From positions 1 through 64,000 of IMG/VR virus record IMGVR_UViG_3300037264_006128: a stretch of 64,000 nt of DNA; one strand, 5' to 3'. The notes beneath the pieces were generated by a model. The model saw nothing but the letters and a program-made list of their open reading frames with translations. It did not search any database and had not been told where the DNA came from. This DNA comes from a virus. Made by a program: the position numbers and the translations under genes. Below are positions 54,657 through 64,000 of this stretch, piece by piece (the first letter of the stretch is position 1; each line of letters starts with the position of its first letter).

Positions 54657-55273
54657 TAGACTGCCACCAGATCTTCCGTCATGCTTGCCGTGAAAGAATA
54701 GAACGCAGGCGGAACGGCCTGCGGGATAACCGGGCCGTCAAGCCGCACTTTCAGAATCGCGCTGGTCCCCGTTTGGATCAGCTTCCCGTTAGTCGGGGAA
54801 TCGCGGATGTAGGGCGCTATCGATACAGCCGCAAGGCCGGTCGGGCCTGCGTTTACGTCGTCTGTAACCACAAAGTATTCCCCGGTCGTTTCTATCGAAA
54901 ACACATCGCCCGCGAGGAGCACGCCAGTGGCGTTATGCGTCCACCCCTTGGTGTTGAGCGTTGTACCGGTTTGCCCAGAACCGTTAACGAGCGGCGTGCC
55001 GGCTACGCTTCCCAGCGGCGTGCACCGAATGTCATCGTACAACGTAAACACGTCGTTCTGCCCGTTCATCTTGTCAAAGAAGGCAAGAAGCGGCAGGGCA
55101 TCTTGGCGGTCGATCATTTCCCATTCGAGTTCCACCTTCCACACCGCCGGCCGGCGCAACCGCTGTTCCGTCCGCGTGAAAGGGGAGGTGAACACGACCG
55201 CAGCGTGGTCGAGGTAAAACTTGCCCCGGCCTGGCAGGTACAAGTTTCCTTGCGGCATCGCTGGGTACGACAT
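54656..55273 (-). CDS. distal tail protein
   Basis: directly after the TMP; F.SPFT..EQ...W. Confidence 0.8.
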   Translation of the reverse strand: MSYPAMPQGNLYLPGRGKFYLDHAAVVFTSPFTRTEQRLRRPAVWKVELEWEMIDRQDALPLLAFFDKMNGQNDVFTLYDDIRCTPLGSVAGTPLVNGSGQTGTTLNTKGWTHNATGVLLAGDVFSIETTGEYFVVTDDVNAGPTGLAAVSIAPYIRDSPTNGKLIQTGTSAILKVRLDGPVIPQAVPPAFYSFTASMTEDLVAV

Positions 55274-55278
55274 CTACG

Positions 55279-58200
55279 CTAACTCCTTCGCCCCACAGCC
55301 CGGGCCAGGGTGCCCCCACGTTCGATTGCCCGGTAGATCCCTGCTTCAATCTGCGGCATCTGGGCCTGAATCACTGCGGCTGCGCCGCGGGGGTCCAGGC
55401 TCGTCACGCCGATCGGCATGGAAAGGTTGATCATTATGCCGCCGCTTCCACCACCACCGCTATCGCCAGCACCGCCGGCGCCGGACAACACCCCGGCCAC
55501 ATGCTCCTTCGGCACCACCAGTTCACCGCGCTGCAGGATGGCAGGCATTTCGTTGGAAGCTAGGCCCCCGGAATGCTTCTTGGGCGCGGAAGCGTACCGT
55601 TCCCCGAAGTTGGCCGCGTTCCAATCCATCTGCTCGCCCTGCGTCATGGGAATCCGGGTCTGCTGCGATGGCCCAGCTGCCAGTGCGCCCATCCCCCAAC
55701 CAAACGCTGCCCCGCCCGTGTTGATAGCAAGCGACTTGAAAAACCCCCCTGCGGAAACATCGGGCTGGCCGCCGATCAGCGCGGTAAGCAGGGTACCCAT
55801 CATGGTGTTGAAGGCGCCGCCCACCCATTGCAGCATGCCAACGAACTCGCTGCCCATCTTGACGGTTTCCTGTTTCCAGGAAGTGCCCATTTCCTCGACG
55901 CCCTTTTCTACGACATCCCCGGTTGGGGCCATCCCTTCACCCCAGGGGCCATTGCCGGTAGGCTCTAGCCCCCTACGATACGGCGATGCGGGCACTTCGT
56001 ATGGTTGCTCGTACCCAAGGGGGGATGTTGGGTATCCAGTTAGGCTCGGGCGCCCCCCGTGGCCGATCGTTACTGGCGTGTAATGTTCTTCAAGTCTTAG
56101 GGAATCCTGCGGTGGTTGAACCTCGATCCCGCGCCCCAGCCGGTATGGCGAATACGCCGGCCCTTCGTTCACAGGCTGCGTGTTGGCGGTGTTCCAGATC
56201 GCCTGTTGCCCACGTTGCCCAACGTTCGCAATCGCTTCCGGCATGAGGCCGGCTTCGGCCCGGGCCTTTACGCTACCGATCGTTTCGTATTCGTACCCGG
56301 CGACCTGCGCCATCATCTTCTTCAACGGCGTCTCGATCGGCATCACTAGCGCCTGGTGGATGTTCCACTTCAGAAGATCCTTCGCCAGCGACTCGAAGAA
56401 ACCCTTCCAGTCCCCCTTCCCGGTAAGCAGCGTTTCCGCCAGCGTGTCCTCGAAGGAACTGCAGAAGTTGTCCACGACGGACATCAGGCTTGAGAACCCC
56501 CTGTTCACCGTGTCGAAGTATTCGTTCCACCGCTCCTGCGAACTGTTCATGTCGTTCGCGATCTGGTCCCACAGCTGTTCCCGCAGGCGGGATGAAACTT
56601 CCGGCGTCATGCCACCAACCATCGGGCCTTCCAGGTCGGCATCGCGATGTACCTTTGCGTACGCCTCTTCCTGTGCCCTTAGTTCGCGCATGCCTTCCGC
56701 AAGGGCGTACAAGGGATCCACAGACGCTCGGCGTTGCCTTACCGTTTCCTCTTCCGCGGCAGTCTGTTGGCGTTGGGCGTTGGTCATCTCGAAGATTTTG
56801 TCCAGCCGCCTCTGTTCGACCGCAGATAGGCCAGAACTGGATTCCCCGAGCCCGTCCACAGCTTTCCGTGCCAGTTCGTACGTGAACGTAACACCTTCAA
56901 CGGTGTGCCCAACTGAAGCCCAAATCAAACGCTCCTGTTCGGCAACCAACGCCGCTGACGACCCATATTCCTCTACCGCCTTCTTGGCAGCTTCGAACTG
57001 TTCCGGGAACCACTTCTTCCAGGTCCCCTCTTGAAGCTCGGCTGCCATCTTCGCCGTAATGAGAATGCCGTTGTAGTATTGCCCCTCTGTAGGTTGCCTT
57101 GGGCCGACTGCCCCAGGGCCGCCGGCCAACTCCTCCAGCTCTTCCTGGTAGCTTCGTTTGTACAGGGCCGATTTGTACGATTCGGAAAGTTTCTCCAGCT
57201 GCGGCCCTATCCTTTGCATCTGCTCGCTATACAGCACTTGCGAATCGAGGAGTTCTTTTTGTAGGTCGGAAAAGCGCCCGACGAAACTTTCCCAAGCCCC
57301 CATAAGCCCAACCAGGAAGTTCTCCTGATCCGCGAACGCAACGCCCCCCTCCTTCGTGGCGTCCGTTATGTCCTTCAGTGCGTCGATGATCTCCCCGGTG
57401 ATCGGAATCATCTCTCCGCGAACGTTCTCAAACAGTGCTGCAAGGATGGGGGTGCCCCTCATCACCGCCTTTGTCTGCTCGTCGAAGGCGGCCGTGAAGT
57501 TCTGCGTCCACTGCACCAACTCCTTCGACTCGTCCGGTATGCCCCCTACGTACCCTCCCTTTTCGCCGTACAGCTCGGCGCGCGTCATCACTTTCGGCAG
57601 GTACTTCGACTTAACCAGCGTCTTCGCCCAATCATCCGATGCCAGCTGCTTCAGCCAGGCTTCAAGAAAATCCGTTGCTGTCGGAAGTTTCGCGACTTCG
57701 GTTTTCAGGAACCCCGCCGGGACTTCGAACATGCCCTGAATCCCGTCCGTGAATTCTTCCGAAAACGTCTGCGTGCTGTCGCGCAGGTGCTCCGCGCCTT
57801 CCCTTACCCGATCCCCCATGTCCTTGAAGAACGTCTTCAGTTCGTGCTCGGTTGGGGCACGCAGTTCCGCAAATTTTGGGGCGAGCGCTGGCGCCTGAAG
57901 TTCAAGTTCGGTTGGGGCGCGCAATTCGCCAACTGCCCCCTTCGCGGAAGCGGCAAAATCAGAGATCGAGGACGCAAACTGGCTGCCAAGATCGCGCATC
58001 GCCTTTCCGGCAAGTTCGCTTTCCCTGTCTACTGGGGCTGGGAAGTTTCGAACTGCCTGGGTGAGGTTCTTCAGCGCCCCGTCAAACGGGGACTCCACTG
58101 CCTCGCCTTTATCGCCTACGAACAAATTCGCTATACGTTGGTCAAGCGATTCGAAGTCTCGCCTGAAATCACTGAGCGACAATACGCGATTGCGCGACCC

Positions 58201-59904
58201 GGAAGGAAATACATCGTTGGTGAGCGCCCCCGGCATCCTGCGTTCGAAAATCTCCCGAACTTCCCCCGTATTGATGCCGCGTGCGAATTCCCTGAAAACA
58301 TCACCAAGCTCGCTTAAGGCATCCCCTGCCTCCAAAGTGCCTTCCTTGGTTTTCCGCACGTCTTCTAGGTAGGCAGTGACGAATTTGGAGCCGAGCCAAG
58401 CAGCGCCCGACTTCGTGTACTCCATCGAGCTTTGCCCGCTTTCCTCCGCTGCCTTACCGTAAAAGTGCGCCCCGATTCCGCCAGCAGCAATGGCGCTAGT
58501 AAGTGGGCGTGTTTGCGGGATGGCCATGCCAAGCAGGAAAGCCCCCTTTGCCCACTCTGGAATCTTGTCGAAGGAAGCCGCCAATTCACCAATGGCAAGG
58601 GCGAATTTGCCGACGTAGGGGGCTGCAACCTGCGCCGTCTTTCCCATCCCCTCCATGACCCCGCGCATGCCTTCAGCAAGCGCTGGCTCGTTTGCTGCAA
58701 CCCAATCGCGGGTTGCGGAAATCATGTCCCTCATGGCCGGCAGGTAATCGTTACCAACCGCAATGGCCACCCGGGTAAAGTCGTTCGCCAGCAGGGTCAA
58801 CTGGTTGCGGATCGTTGCGAAGCGCACTTCTGATTGCCGCTGTAGGGCGATGTCCTTCTCATACGCATCCTTGTTTAGCTTCATCGCAGATTCGAGAACG
58901 CGATACCCAGCAGCCACCCTCAACAAAGCATCGCGCAAGCGGATCTCCTGCAGCCCAAGCTGCCTGACGGCTTCGTACTGTTCGCCGGAGCCTTTCTTCA
59001 TCTGCCCAAGGCCCTTGAGGAAATCCGCGTACACCCTGGCGGGGTCCCCAGTCTCGGGATCCAGTCCGGCCTTGAACGCATCGACGCTCGCCCTTATGGC
59101 CGCGCTGCGGTCTGTCTTCCACAGTTGCGTAAATTTCTGGGCCCCCTTCGCCGCGATTTCCGCGAATAGCTCAAGTTTGTGTCCGCCAGTTGAGGCGGCT
59201 TCTCCGATGCGCAGCATCATCCTGGAAATGGCCGAACCACCGGCATCGGACCGAACGCCCAACGAGGCCAGGGCGGTACCAAATGCCAGGATGCGGTCTT
59301 CGCCAACGCCAACCACGCTGGCCGCACCAGCGATCCGCAGCGTCATGTCCAAGATTTCGGATTCCGTGGCTGCCGACTTCACCCCCAATTCCACCAACGC
59401 GCTGGCCAGATTCGTCAGCTTGTCCCCAGCCGTTCCGGTCATGTTCTTCAGCTTGGCCAGGCCCACGATCGCCTCTTCGGCGGACATATTCGTGGCTACG
59501 CCCAAGCGAACGGCCGTTTCAGCGAAGTTCTCGATATCCGCGGTTGCTACACCCAGCTGCCCTGCCGCTTCACCAAGTTTGTAAATGTCGTCCACGGAAA
59601 CTGGCAGGGTGCGGGTCATCCCCATCATGGTCTTGCGCAGCTCTTCCAGTTGGTTGTTGGTTGCCTCCACCGTTCGCTTGACGCCGGCAAAGGCACTTTC
59701 GGCCGATATTGCCGGGCCCGCGATGGCACCCATCACGATTTCCACACTGCGGAAAGTGCGGCGGGCAAGATCCAGCGCCTGGTTGAAGGTGATGATCCGA
59801 TATTCGAGGCCGGAAAAGGCGTTGTCGATGCCCTTCACCCCGGTGATCACCGCCGCCTGGCCAGATGTCTGGAAGGCAAACGTCGTCCCGCTGCCTACAG
59901 CCAT
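55279..59904 (-). CDS. tape measure protein (TP901 family)
   Basis: 1541 aa; ESAFAGV..TV, GQLGV, A.ESEI; C-terminal HSGGL...E.PAILQRGE. Confidence 0.92.
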   Translation of the reverse strand: MAVGSGTTFAFQTSGQAAVITGVKGIDNAFSGLEYRIITFNQALDLARRTFRSVEIVMGAIAGPAISAESAFAGVKRTVEATNNQLEELRKTMMGMTRTLPVSVDDIYKLGEAAGQLGVATADIENFAETAVRLGVATNMSAEEAIVGLAKLKNMTGTAGDKLTNLASALVELGVKSAATESEILDMTLRIAGAASVVGVGEDRILAFGTALASLGVRSDAGGSAISRMMLRIGEAASTGGHKLELFAEIAAKGAQKFTQLWKTDRSAAIRASVDAFKAGLDPETGDPARVYADFLKGLGQMKKGSGEQYEAVRQLGLQEIRLRDALLRVAAGYRVLESAMKLNKDAYEKDIALQRQSEVRFATIRNQLTLLANDFTRVAIAVGNDYLPAMRDMISATRDWVAANEPALAEGMRGVMEGMGKTAQVAAPYVGKFALAIGELAASFDKIPEWAKGAFLLGMAIPQTRPLTSAIAAGGIGAHFYGKAAEESGQSSMEYTKSGAAWLGSKFVTAYLEDVRKTKEGTLEAGDALSELGDVFREFARGINTGEVREIFERRMPGALTNDVFPSGSRNRVLSLSDFRRDFESLDQRIANLFVGDKGEAVESPFDGALKNLTQAVRNFPAPVDRESELAGKAMRDLGSQFASSISDFAASAKGAVGELRAPTELELQAPALAPKFAELRAPTEHELKTFFKDMGDRVREGAEHLRDSTQTFSEEFTDGIQGMFEVPAGFLKTEVAKLPTATDFLEAWLKQLASDDWAKTLVKSKYLPKVMTRAELYGEKGGYVGGIPDESKELVQWTQNFTAAFDEQTKAVMRGTPILAALFENVRGEMIPITGEIIDALKDITDATKEGGVAFADQENFLVGLMGAWESFVGRFSDLQKELLDSQVLYSEQMQRIGPQLEKLSESYKSALYKRSYQEELEELAGGPGAVGPRQPTEGQYYNGILITAKMAAELQEGTWKKWFPEQFEAAKKAVEEYGSSAALVAEQERLIWASVGHTVEGVTFTYELARKAVDGLGESSSGLSAVEQRRLDKIFEMTNAQRQQTAAEEETVRQRRASVDPLYALAEGMRELRAQEEAYAKVHRDADLEGPMVGGMTPEVSSRLREQLWDQIANDMNSSQERWNEYFDTVNRGFSSLMSVVDNFCSSFEDTLAETLLTGKGDWKGFFESLAKDLLKWNIHQALVMPIETPLKKMMAQVAGYEYETIGSVKARAEAGLMPEAIANVGQRGQQAIWNTANTQPVNEGPAYSPYRLGRGIEVQPPQDSLRLEEHYTPVTIGHGGRPSLTGYPTSPLGYEQPYEVPASPYRRGLEPTGNGPWGEGMAPTGDVVEKGVEEMGTSWKQETVKMGSEFVGMLQWVGGAFNTMMGTLLTALIGGQPDVSAGGFFKSLAINTGGAAFGWGMGALAAGPSQQTRIPMTQGEQMDWNAANFGERYASAPKKHSGGLASNEMPAILQRGELVVPKEHVAGVLSGAGGAGDSGGGGSGGIMINLSMPIGVTSLDPRGAAAVIQAQMPQIEAGIYRAIERGGTLARAVGRRS

Positions 59905-59907
59905 CGT

Positions 59908-60318
59908 TTACCTCTTCTTGCCGCGCGGCTTTCGCGGCGGTTGTTCTTTCGGTGGTTTATCATCGGCGGCCTTCTTCCGTCTCGACTTCCGCGCTGATTC
60001 TTCGCTGTGGATCTTCATGTATTCGCGATCCAGGTGTTCTGTGACTTCCGCAAGCTCCTCCCATCGTCGCCGCGGCACATTGTGCAGAACGCAGTACGCC
60101 AGCATTTCCGACTGGGGGATCCCCTGCGGGTCCCCCATGTCGCGCTGACGTGCGTTGGCAAGCGTGCTGTAAGCGTCCCAGAGCCACTGTAGATCGTGTC
60201 GTAGGCATGGCCCTGGCGGTTCCTTCTTGCGCAGCCCTAATCGGACGAGTTCGTCGAGGATGTCTCTGTCTCGCTTCCCCCGCCGGTAGTTCCAACGAAG
60301 GAAGCGAGCAAGTTTCCC
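59908..60318 (-). CDS. tail assembly chaperone frameshift extension (gpT-like)
   Basis: -1 frame entered at GGGAAAC, reading GKLARFLRW...; W.AY..L...R...G.PQ.I. Confidence 0.8.
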   Translation of the reverse strand, partial: GKLARFLRWNYRRGKRDRDILDELVRLGLRKKEPPGPCLRHDLQWLWDAYSTLANARQRDMGDPQGIPQSEMLAYCVLHNVPRRRWEELAEVTEHLDREYMKIHSEESARKSRRKKAADDKPPKEQPPRKPRGKKR

Positions 60319-60707
60319 AGGGCGTTCCCATCCGTGTGCGCCATGTACGGCTCCCGCAGCTGGGCCATTCGCCAGATGCGTTCGCGGAACCACGAAACGT
60401 TCTTCAGGATGACGTAAGCAGCTTCCGGGCTGTACGGGATCACCTGATCGCGGAACTTCATGTTCTCCCATCCCAACAGCGTGGCCTCTGCCATCGTCTT
60501 CGCCAGGGCTTCTTCCGTGATTTCGTTCGCCCTGCCATCGGCGCTTGCGTCAAGGAACTCCTCTCGTCGTTCCTCCATGTTCTTCTGCAGGCACTCCGCG
60601 TACCTGCGGCTGAACGCGCGGCCGATCAGAACCTTCGCGTCGTCGATCTCTTGCCAAACGCCATCCTCGACCTTCTCCGAGTCGAGGACCCATTCTTCGA
60701 TGTTCAC
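60237..60707 (-). CDS. tail assembly chaperone (gpG-like)
   Basis: between the tube gene and TMP; D...E.GVW, LLGWEN, PYS.E.A. Confidence 0.85.
   Translation of the reverse strand: MNIEEWVLDSEKVEDGVWQEIDDAKVLIGRAFSRRYAECLQKNMEERREEFLDASADGRANEITEEALAKTMAEATLLGWENMKFRDQVIPYSPEAAYVILKNVSWFRERIWRMAQLREPYMAHTDGNALGNLLASFVGTTGGGSETETSSTNSSD
60312..60318 (-). other. programmed -1 ribosomal frameshift slippery site G GGA AAC
   Basis: CTG GGA AAC TTG in the chaperone frame; XXXYYYZ pattern as in lambda G/T. Confidence 0.85.
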
Positions 60708-60743
60708 GGCATTCCCCTTCCTGCCCCCGCCGGGCGCTTCTTC

Positions 60744-61988
60744 CTACGCAAACGAATCCACTTGGATCATGTACTTTTCGTTGTCGCTGGCGGTGTACGG
60801 CTCAACGCCGAAGTTGATCGTTTCGATGATGTCCGTGTTCAGCCCGCTTGCCGGCGTGTCTTCCGCCATCAGCTCGATCTGCGGCAGCGTCACGATGAAG
60901 TAGTTTCTGGCGGGGTTTCCGACGGTCACGCCGTAGCCATCGTGCATGGTGTATTCGAGGGAAGTTCGTTCGTCCGCCAGGAACTTCGTGTACAGGGCCA
61001 GGTTCTGGAAGTACATTTGCACCTGGCCGGTGATCTCCACATCGCCTTGCCCGAAGCTGATCGGCCGATCGCGCCGCGGCGTGTCGTCCGGGCATCCCAA
61101 GCCGGTACGCTGCCGGATGTTGTTCATCATCTCCAGCGTGATCCCACTGACGACCACGGTCATCGTAGTCCCATCCTCTTTGATCGGGCACACGTTCAAG
61201 CTGCCCACATACGGGGTGAAGTCGATCGCATCCAGAATGGACCCGCCACCAGGGATGGTGCCGTCCGAAACGAGCACGGTGTTCGCGCCTATCCACGTGA
61301 AGCTCGTCTGGATGATCTGCTTCGCCGCAGCTTCCAACCGCCAGCGGTCCACTTCACAGCCCGTGTGGTAGATCCTGGCGCCCAGCGCGTTCACGTCGGT
61401 CATGTCCGTCATCGACTTGATCAGCGTGAAGGCAGTTTCACGTGTTCCGTTGCGAATGCAGTGAACGTTCACGTCCCCGGTTTCAGTCCCGTTGGTCAAG
61501 GTTTCACTGACAACCACGGTGGTTTCGTTCGTCACTGCGGTGATCGTATGCACGCCGTTGTCCGCCAATAGCCCAGTCGTGAACCCCTTCAGGCGGATCT
61601 TCATCCCCACCTGCACCCCGCTCGTCACGAATGTGGCCCCAACGACGGCAATGGTATGCGTGGTGCTGACGGTAACGCTTGCCGTGTAGTCGCAAGTGAC
61701 CCACGTGTTCATCATCACGGCCTTCAGCCAGTCGTCCATGGCCAGGTATCCCAGCTCCGTAGCCACGTCGCCTTCGGCCCCCTGCATCACCTGCATGTAC
61801 TGGCCGCCCATGCGGTCGGATCGCAGCCGCGCAGACTTGATCGTTTCCTTCGTCGGCTTCAGCGTTTCCGAGTTGATGTAGATCGCCCGCTTGTTTTCGG
61901 TCGGTACGACGTTCCATCCGTTGGTGCTGGCGCGGAGTTCTTCCCCGTACGCCATCTGCATCCTGTTGCTTTGCGCCTGGTTGCCCAT
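60744..61988 (-). CDS. major tail tube protein
   Basis: S..LR.DR, G...ITG..QMYF, Y.KF, TLP.I; position in the tail operon. Confidence 0.85.
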   Translation of the reverse strand: MGNQAQSNRMQMAYGEELRASTNGWNVVPTENKRAIYINSETLKPTKETIKSARLRSDRMGGQYMQVMQGAEGDVATELGYLAMDDWLKAVMMNTWVTCDYTASVTVSTTHTIAVVGATFVTSGVQVGMKIRLKGFTTGLLADNGVHTITAVTNETTVVVSETLTNGTETGDVNVHCIRNGTRETAFTLIKSMTDMTDVNALGARIYHTGCEVDRWRLEAAAKQIIQTSFTWIGANTVLVSDGTIPGGGSILDAIDFTPYVGSLNVCPIKEDGTTMTVVVSGITLEMMNNIRQRTGLGCPDDTPRRDRPISFGQGDVEITGQVQMYFQNLALYTKFLADERTSLEYTMHDGYGVTVGNPARNYFIVTLPQIELMAEDTPASGLNTDIIETINFGVEPYTASDNEKYMIQVDSFA

Positions 61989-62001
61989 TGATTCTCTCCT
62001 T

Positions 62002-62412
62002 TTACTGCGTCAAGTGATAGAAATACTCCCAGGCGAATCCCTCGCCGTACCATTCTTCCTCTTCGGCCATCGACCACGGGATGCGATCCCCGGTGGTGAT
62101 GCCATCGAACTGTTGCGTAGCAAAGATCCCCTCTGCGCGATCCAACAAAACCGAAACCTCATGCCGCCCCGAATCCCTCGGTACGAAGATGTACAGAACA
62201 ACGTGCCCAAAGTTCCGCAGCCGCGTGCTTCCCGGGCCGCACCCCAAGCTGATCGGGCCACCTAACCCCTCCTGAATGCGCAACCGCACCCACGGTGCCG
62301 GCGGATTGCGTGGCGGCGTGAAATCCAGGTTTGGCAGCGCGTACGGACACGCACCAGCCCAGCCGGTTATGAAATGCGATTTCAAGGCAATGTCCACTTC
62401 CGCCGCGGTCAT
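62002..62412 (-). CDS. tail terminator / completion protein
   Basis: PN.DF.PP...WVRL.I...G...IFVP..SG. Confidence 0.75.
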   Translation of the reverse strand: MTAAEVDIALKSHFITGWAGACPYALPNLDFTPPRNPPAPWVRLRIQEGLGGPISLGCGPGSTRLRNFGHVVLYIFVPRDSGRHEVSVLLDRAEGIFATQQFDGITTGDRIPWSMAEEEEWYGEGFAWEYFYHLTQ

Positions 62413-62447
62413 TTGCTTGCCCTCGCGTGAGATGCTAAAACGCCGCC

Positions 62448-63011
62448 ATGGACGAACAGATGGCAATTGCCGAATGTGCCCCCAACGAAGAATGGCGCCC
62501 CGTCGAAGGGTACGTGGGCCTGTACGAAGTCAGCAACCTCGGCCGCGTCCGATCCCTCCCGCGCTTCGTGCGTTCCCGTGGCGGTGGAACTGCCTCGATC
62601 GACGGCCGCATCCTGAAGCCCTCCCCTGTGGAGGGGGGCTACCTGCAAGTACGGCTTGCGCGGGACGGAAGGCAGAAAGCCGTTAACATCCACAGACTCG
62701 TGCTGGCCGCCTTCTGCGGGCCCCGGCCGCCCGGAATGGAAACGCGGCACCTGAACAACGACCCGGCCGACAACCGGGTTGAAAACCTCCGGTGGGGCAC
62801 CCGCAAGGAGAACGCTGCGGACAAAGAACTGCACGGGACGGTTGTGCGTGGAAGTTCCCATCCGATGGCCACCCTCAACGAATCCCAAGTGCTTTCCGTT
62901 CTGGCGCGCATTGAACGCGGGGACAAGATGACCGACATCGCCCGGGACCTGGGGGTTTCCACCCACGCGATCTTCAGAATCAAACATGGCATTTCCTATC
63001 GCCATCTGTAG
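62448..63011 (+). mobile_element. free-standing NUMOD4-HNH homing endonuclease, antisense to the late operon
   Basis: EEWRPV.GY.GLYEVSNLGRVRSL; IHRLV..AF.G...H.N.DP.DNR.ENL.W. Confidence 0.9.
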
Positions 63012-63016
63012 CCCGC

Positions 63017-63613
63017 CTAGAACTTCCTCGTCTTCAGCTGCTTCAGGTGGCCGGCAAGCCCTTCAGTCTTGCCATGCCACTTCACGTACACATCGACTTC
63101 CGGGGCAATCGGGACATCCATCCTGGGCAGCACGACGGTGAAATCACCGCTGTACTTGTTCTTCACGGCACGCTGCGCATCCAGCACCCAGTTCTCCGAT
63201 TGCTGGTCGCTCCACCCGTGCATCAACCTGAAGATGTAGGGCACGCTGTTCGTGATGAACACCGCCGTGTCCAGATCGATGTTCTTTATCAGCGCGGTTG
63301 GAACCTTGGGGCGGATGTAGTAGCGCCCACTGCCCCACGGGATCGGGGCTTCCGGTAGCGCGTACGAGTCCACGTAATCCAGGCCCATGCGCCAGCTTCC
63401 CTGCGCGCGGCCGGAATCGACCGGTGTTCCGTTGACCGCCAGGATCCAGAAATCCCGCGCCATCGCCCGCTTCGTGTCCCGCATCGCCTGCCAGCACGCA
63501 GGCGCCAGGCCGAACGGCATAGCCCTGTAACCGATGCGCGTACCCTGGCCTTCGAATTTCCCAGCCCGGTACACTGGTTTTCGCATCGTCACGTTGACTT
63601 TGAGATCCATCAA
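63017..63613 (-). CDS. neck protein (HK97 gp10-like)
   Basis: TPVDSGRA..SW; FITN.VPY..RL..GWS.Q. Confidence 0.8.
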   Translation of the reverse strand: MMDLKVNVTMRKPVYRAGKFEGQGTRIGYRAMPFGLAPACWQAMRDTKRAMARDFWILAVNGTPVDSGRAQGSWRMGLDYVDSYALPEAPIPWGSGRYYIRPKVPTALIKNIDLDTAVFITNSVPYIFRLMHGWSDQQSENWVLDAQRAVKNKYSGDFTVVLPRMDVPIAPEVDVYVKWHGKTEGLAGHLKQLKTRKF

Positions 63614-63614
63614 C

Positions 63615-63983
63615 TCATCCTGCCCGCAGCTGCAAGATCCACAATGCCGCGGCCGGGTCGGTCTTCCACTTCACCACCCGCACAATCCCACCGCCCGGCC
63701 GCGTGATCACATCGCCTTTGCCCGGCGTAATTTCCAGATCCAACCTCGCAATGTACCCCTTCATGTCTGTGGCCAACACCTGCGGGTTCATGCGCTCGTA
63801 TTCCGTGTACTCGTCGAAAACGACAGGGATGGCAGTGTAGTCGGTCGATGTCGCCGTCACGGCCCCTGTGGCTGGATCTTCCACCGAATCCGCCTTCACG
63901 GAATACGTGCAGCTTTCCGGGATGTTCCCGGTTGCCCCAATCGCCATTTGCGCGACTTTTCTTACTGTCTCCGCCAAGCCCAT
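63615..63983 (-). CDS. head-tail joining / closure protein
   Basis: DPATG; DPAAALW.LQLR. Confidence 0.75.
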   Translation of the reverse strand: MGLAETVRKVAQMAIGATGNIPESCTYSVKADSVEDPATGAVTATSTDYTAIPVVFDEYTEYERMNPQVLATDMKGYIARLDLEITPGKGDVITRPGGGIVRVVKWKTDPAAALWILQLRAG

Positions 63984-64000
63984 AACTCACGCCCGCAGGA

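Noticed and set aside
1-64000. Genome-wide TAG recoding (code 15)
   Set aside because: Many genes end in TAG with the next ATG immediately after (26240/26241, 38066/38065, 52416/52415), so TAG is a normal stop
1-64000. tRNA/rRNA genes, integrase/att sites, IS elements
   Set aside because: No T-loop or cloverleaf, recombinase or transposase motifs recognised by eye

Overview
64 kb of a GC-rich long-tailed (siphovirus-like) dsDNA phage or prophage genome. No integrase, terminase, portal or capsid genes lie in the window. Layout: (i) 0-2.2 kb: a small plus-strand unit with its own promoter and terminator, beside a possible genome-end or packaging element. (ii) 2.6-10 kb: leftward small genes, an iteron-like non-coding region and a replication initiator/helicase-loader module. 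(iii) 10.3-30.5 kb: a rightward early/middle array of about 45 mostly small genes, including RadC/JAB, a Ycf46-like AAA+/DUF1257/DUF2997/DUF3150-like module, RecT, an exonuclease and an SSB-like protein. (iv) 30.6-64 kb: a leftward late operon with neck, tail tube, frameshifting tail chaperone, tape measure, tail tip, tail fibre, a block of signal-peptide-bearing Thr/Pro-rich proteins and lysis genes. Most unusual observations: a polar repeat AGTACG-N12/13-CTTACTG (about 16 copies, one orientation, densest at the left); an AAA+ ATPase with Walker B placed before Walker A; tail-fibre-like domains carrying Sec signal peptides and mucin-like linkers; an in-frame TAG inside the replication initiator, set in a G-tract/inverted-repeat element; a canonical chromosomal parS; and an MBD-like domain. 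All family assignments are by eye from motifs, not from database searches.
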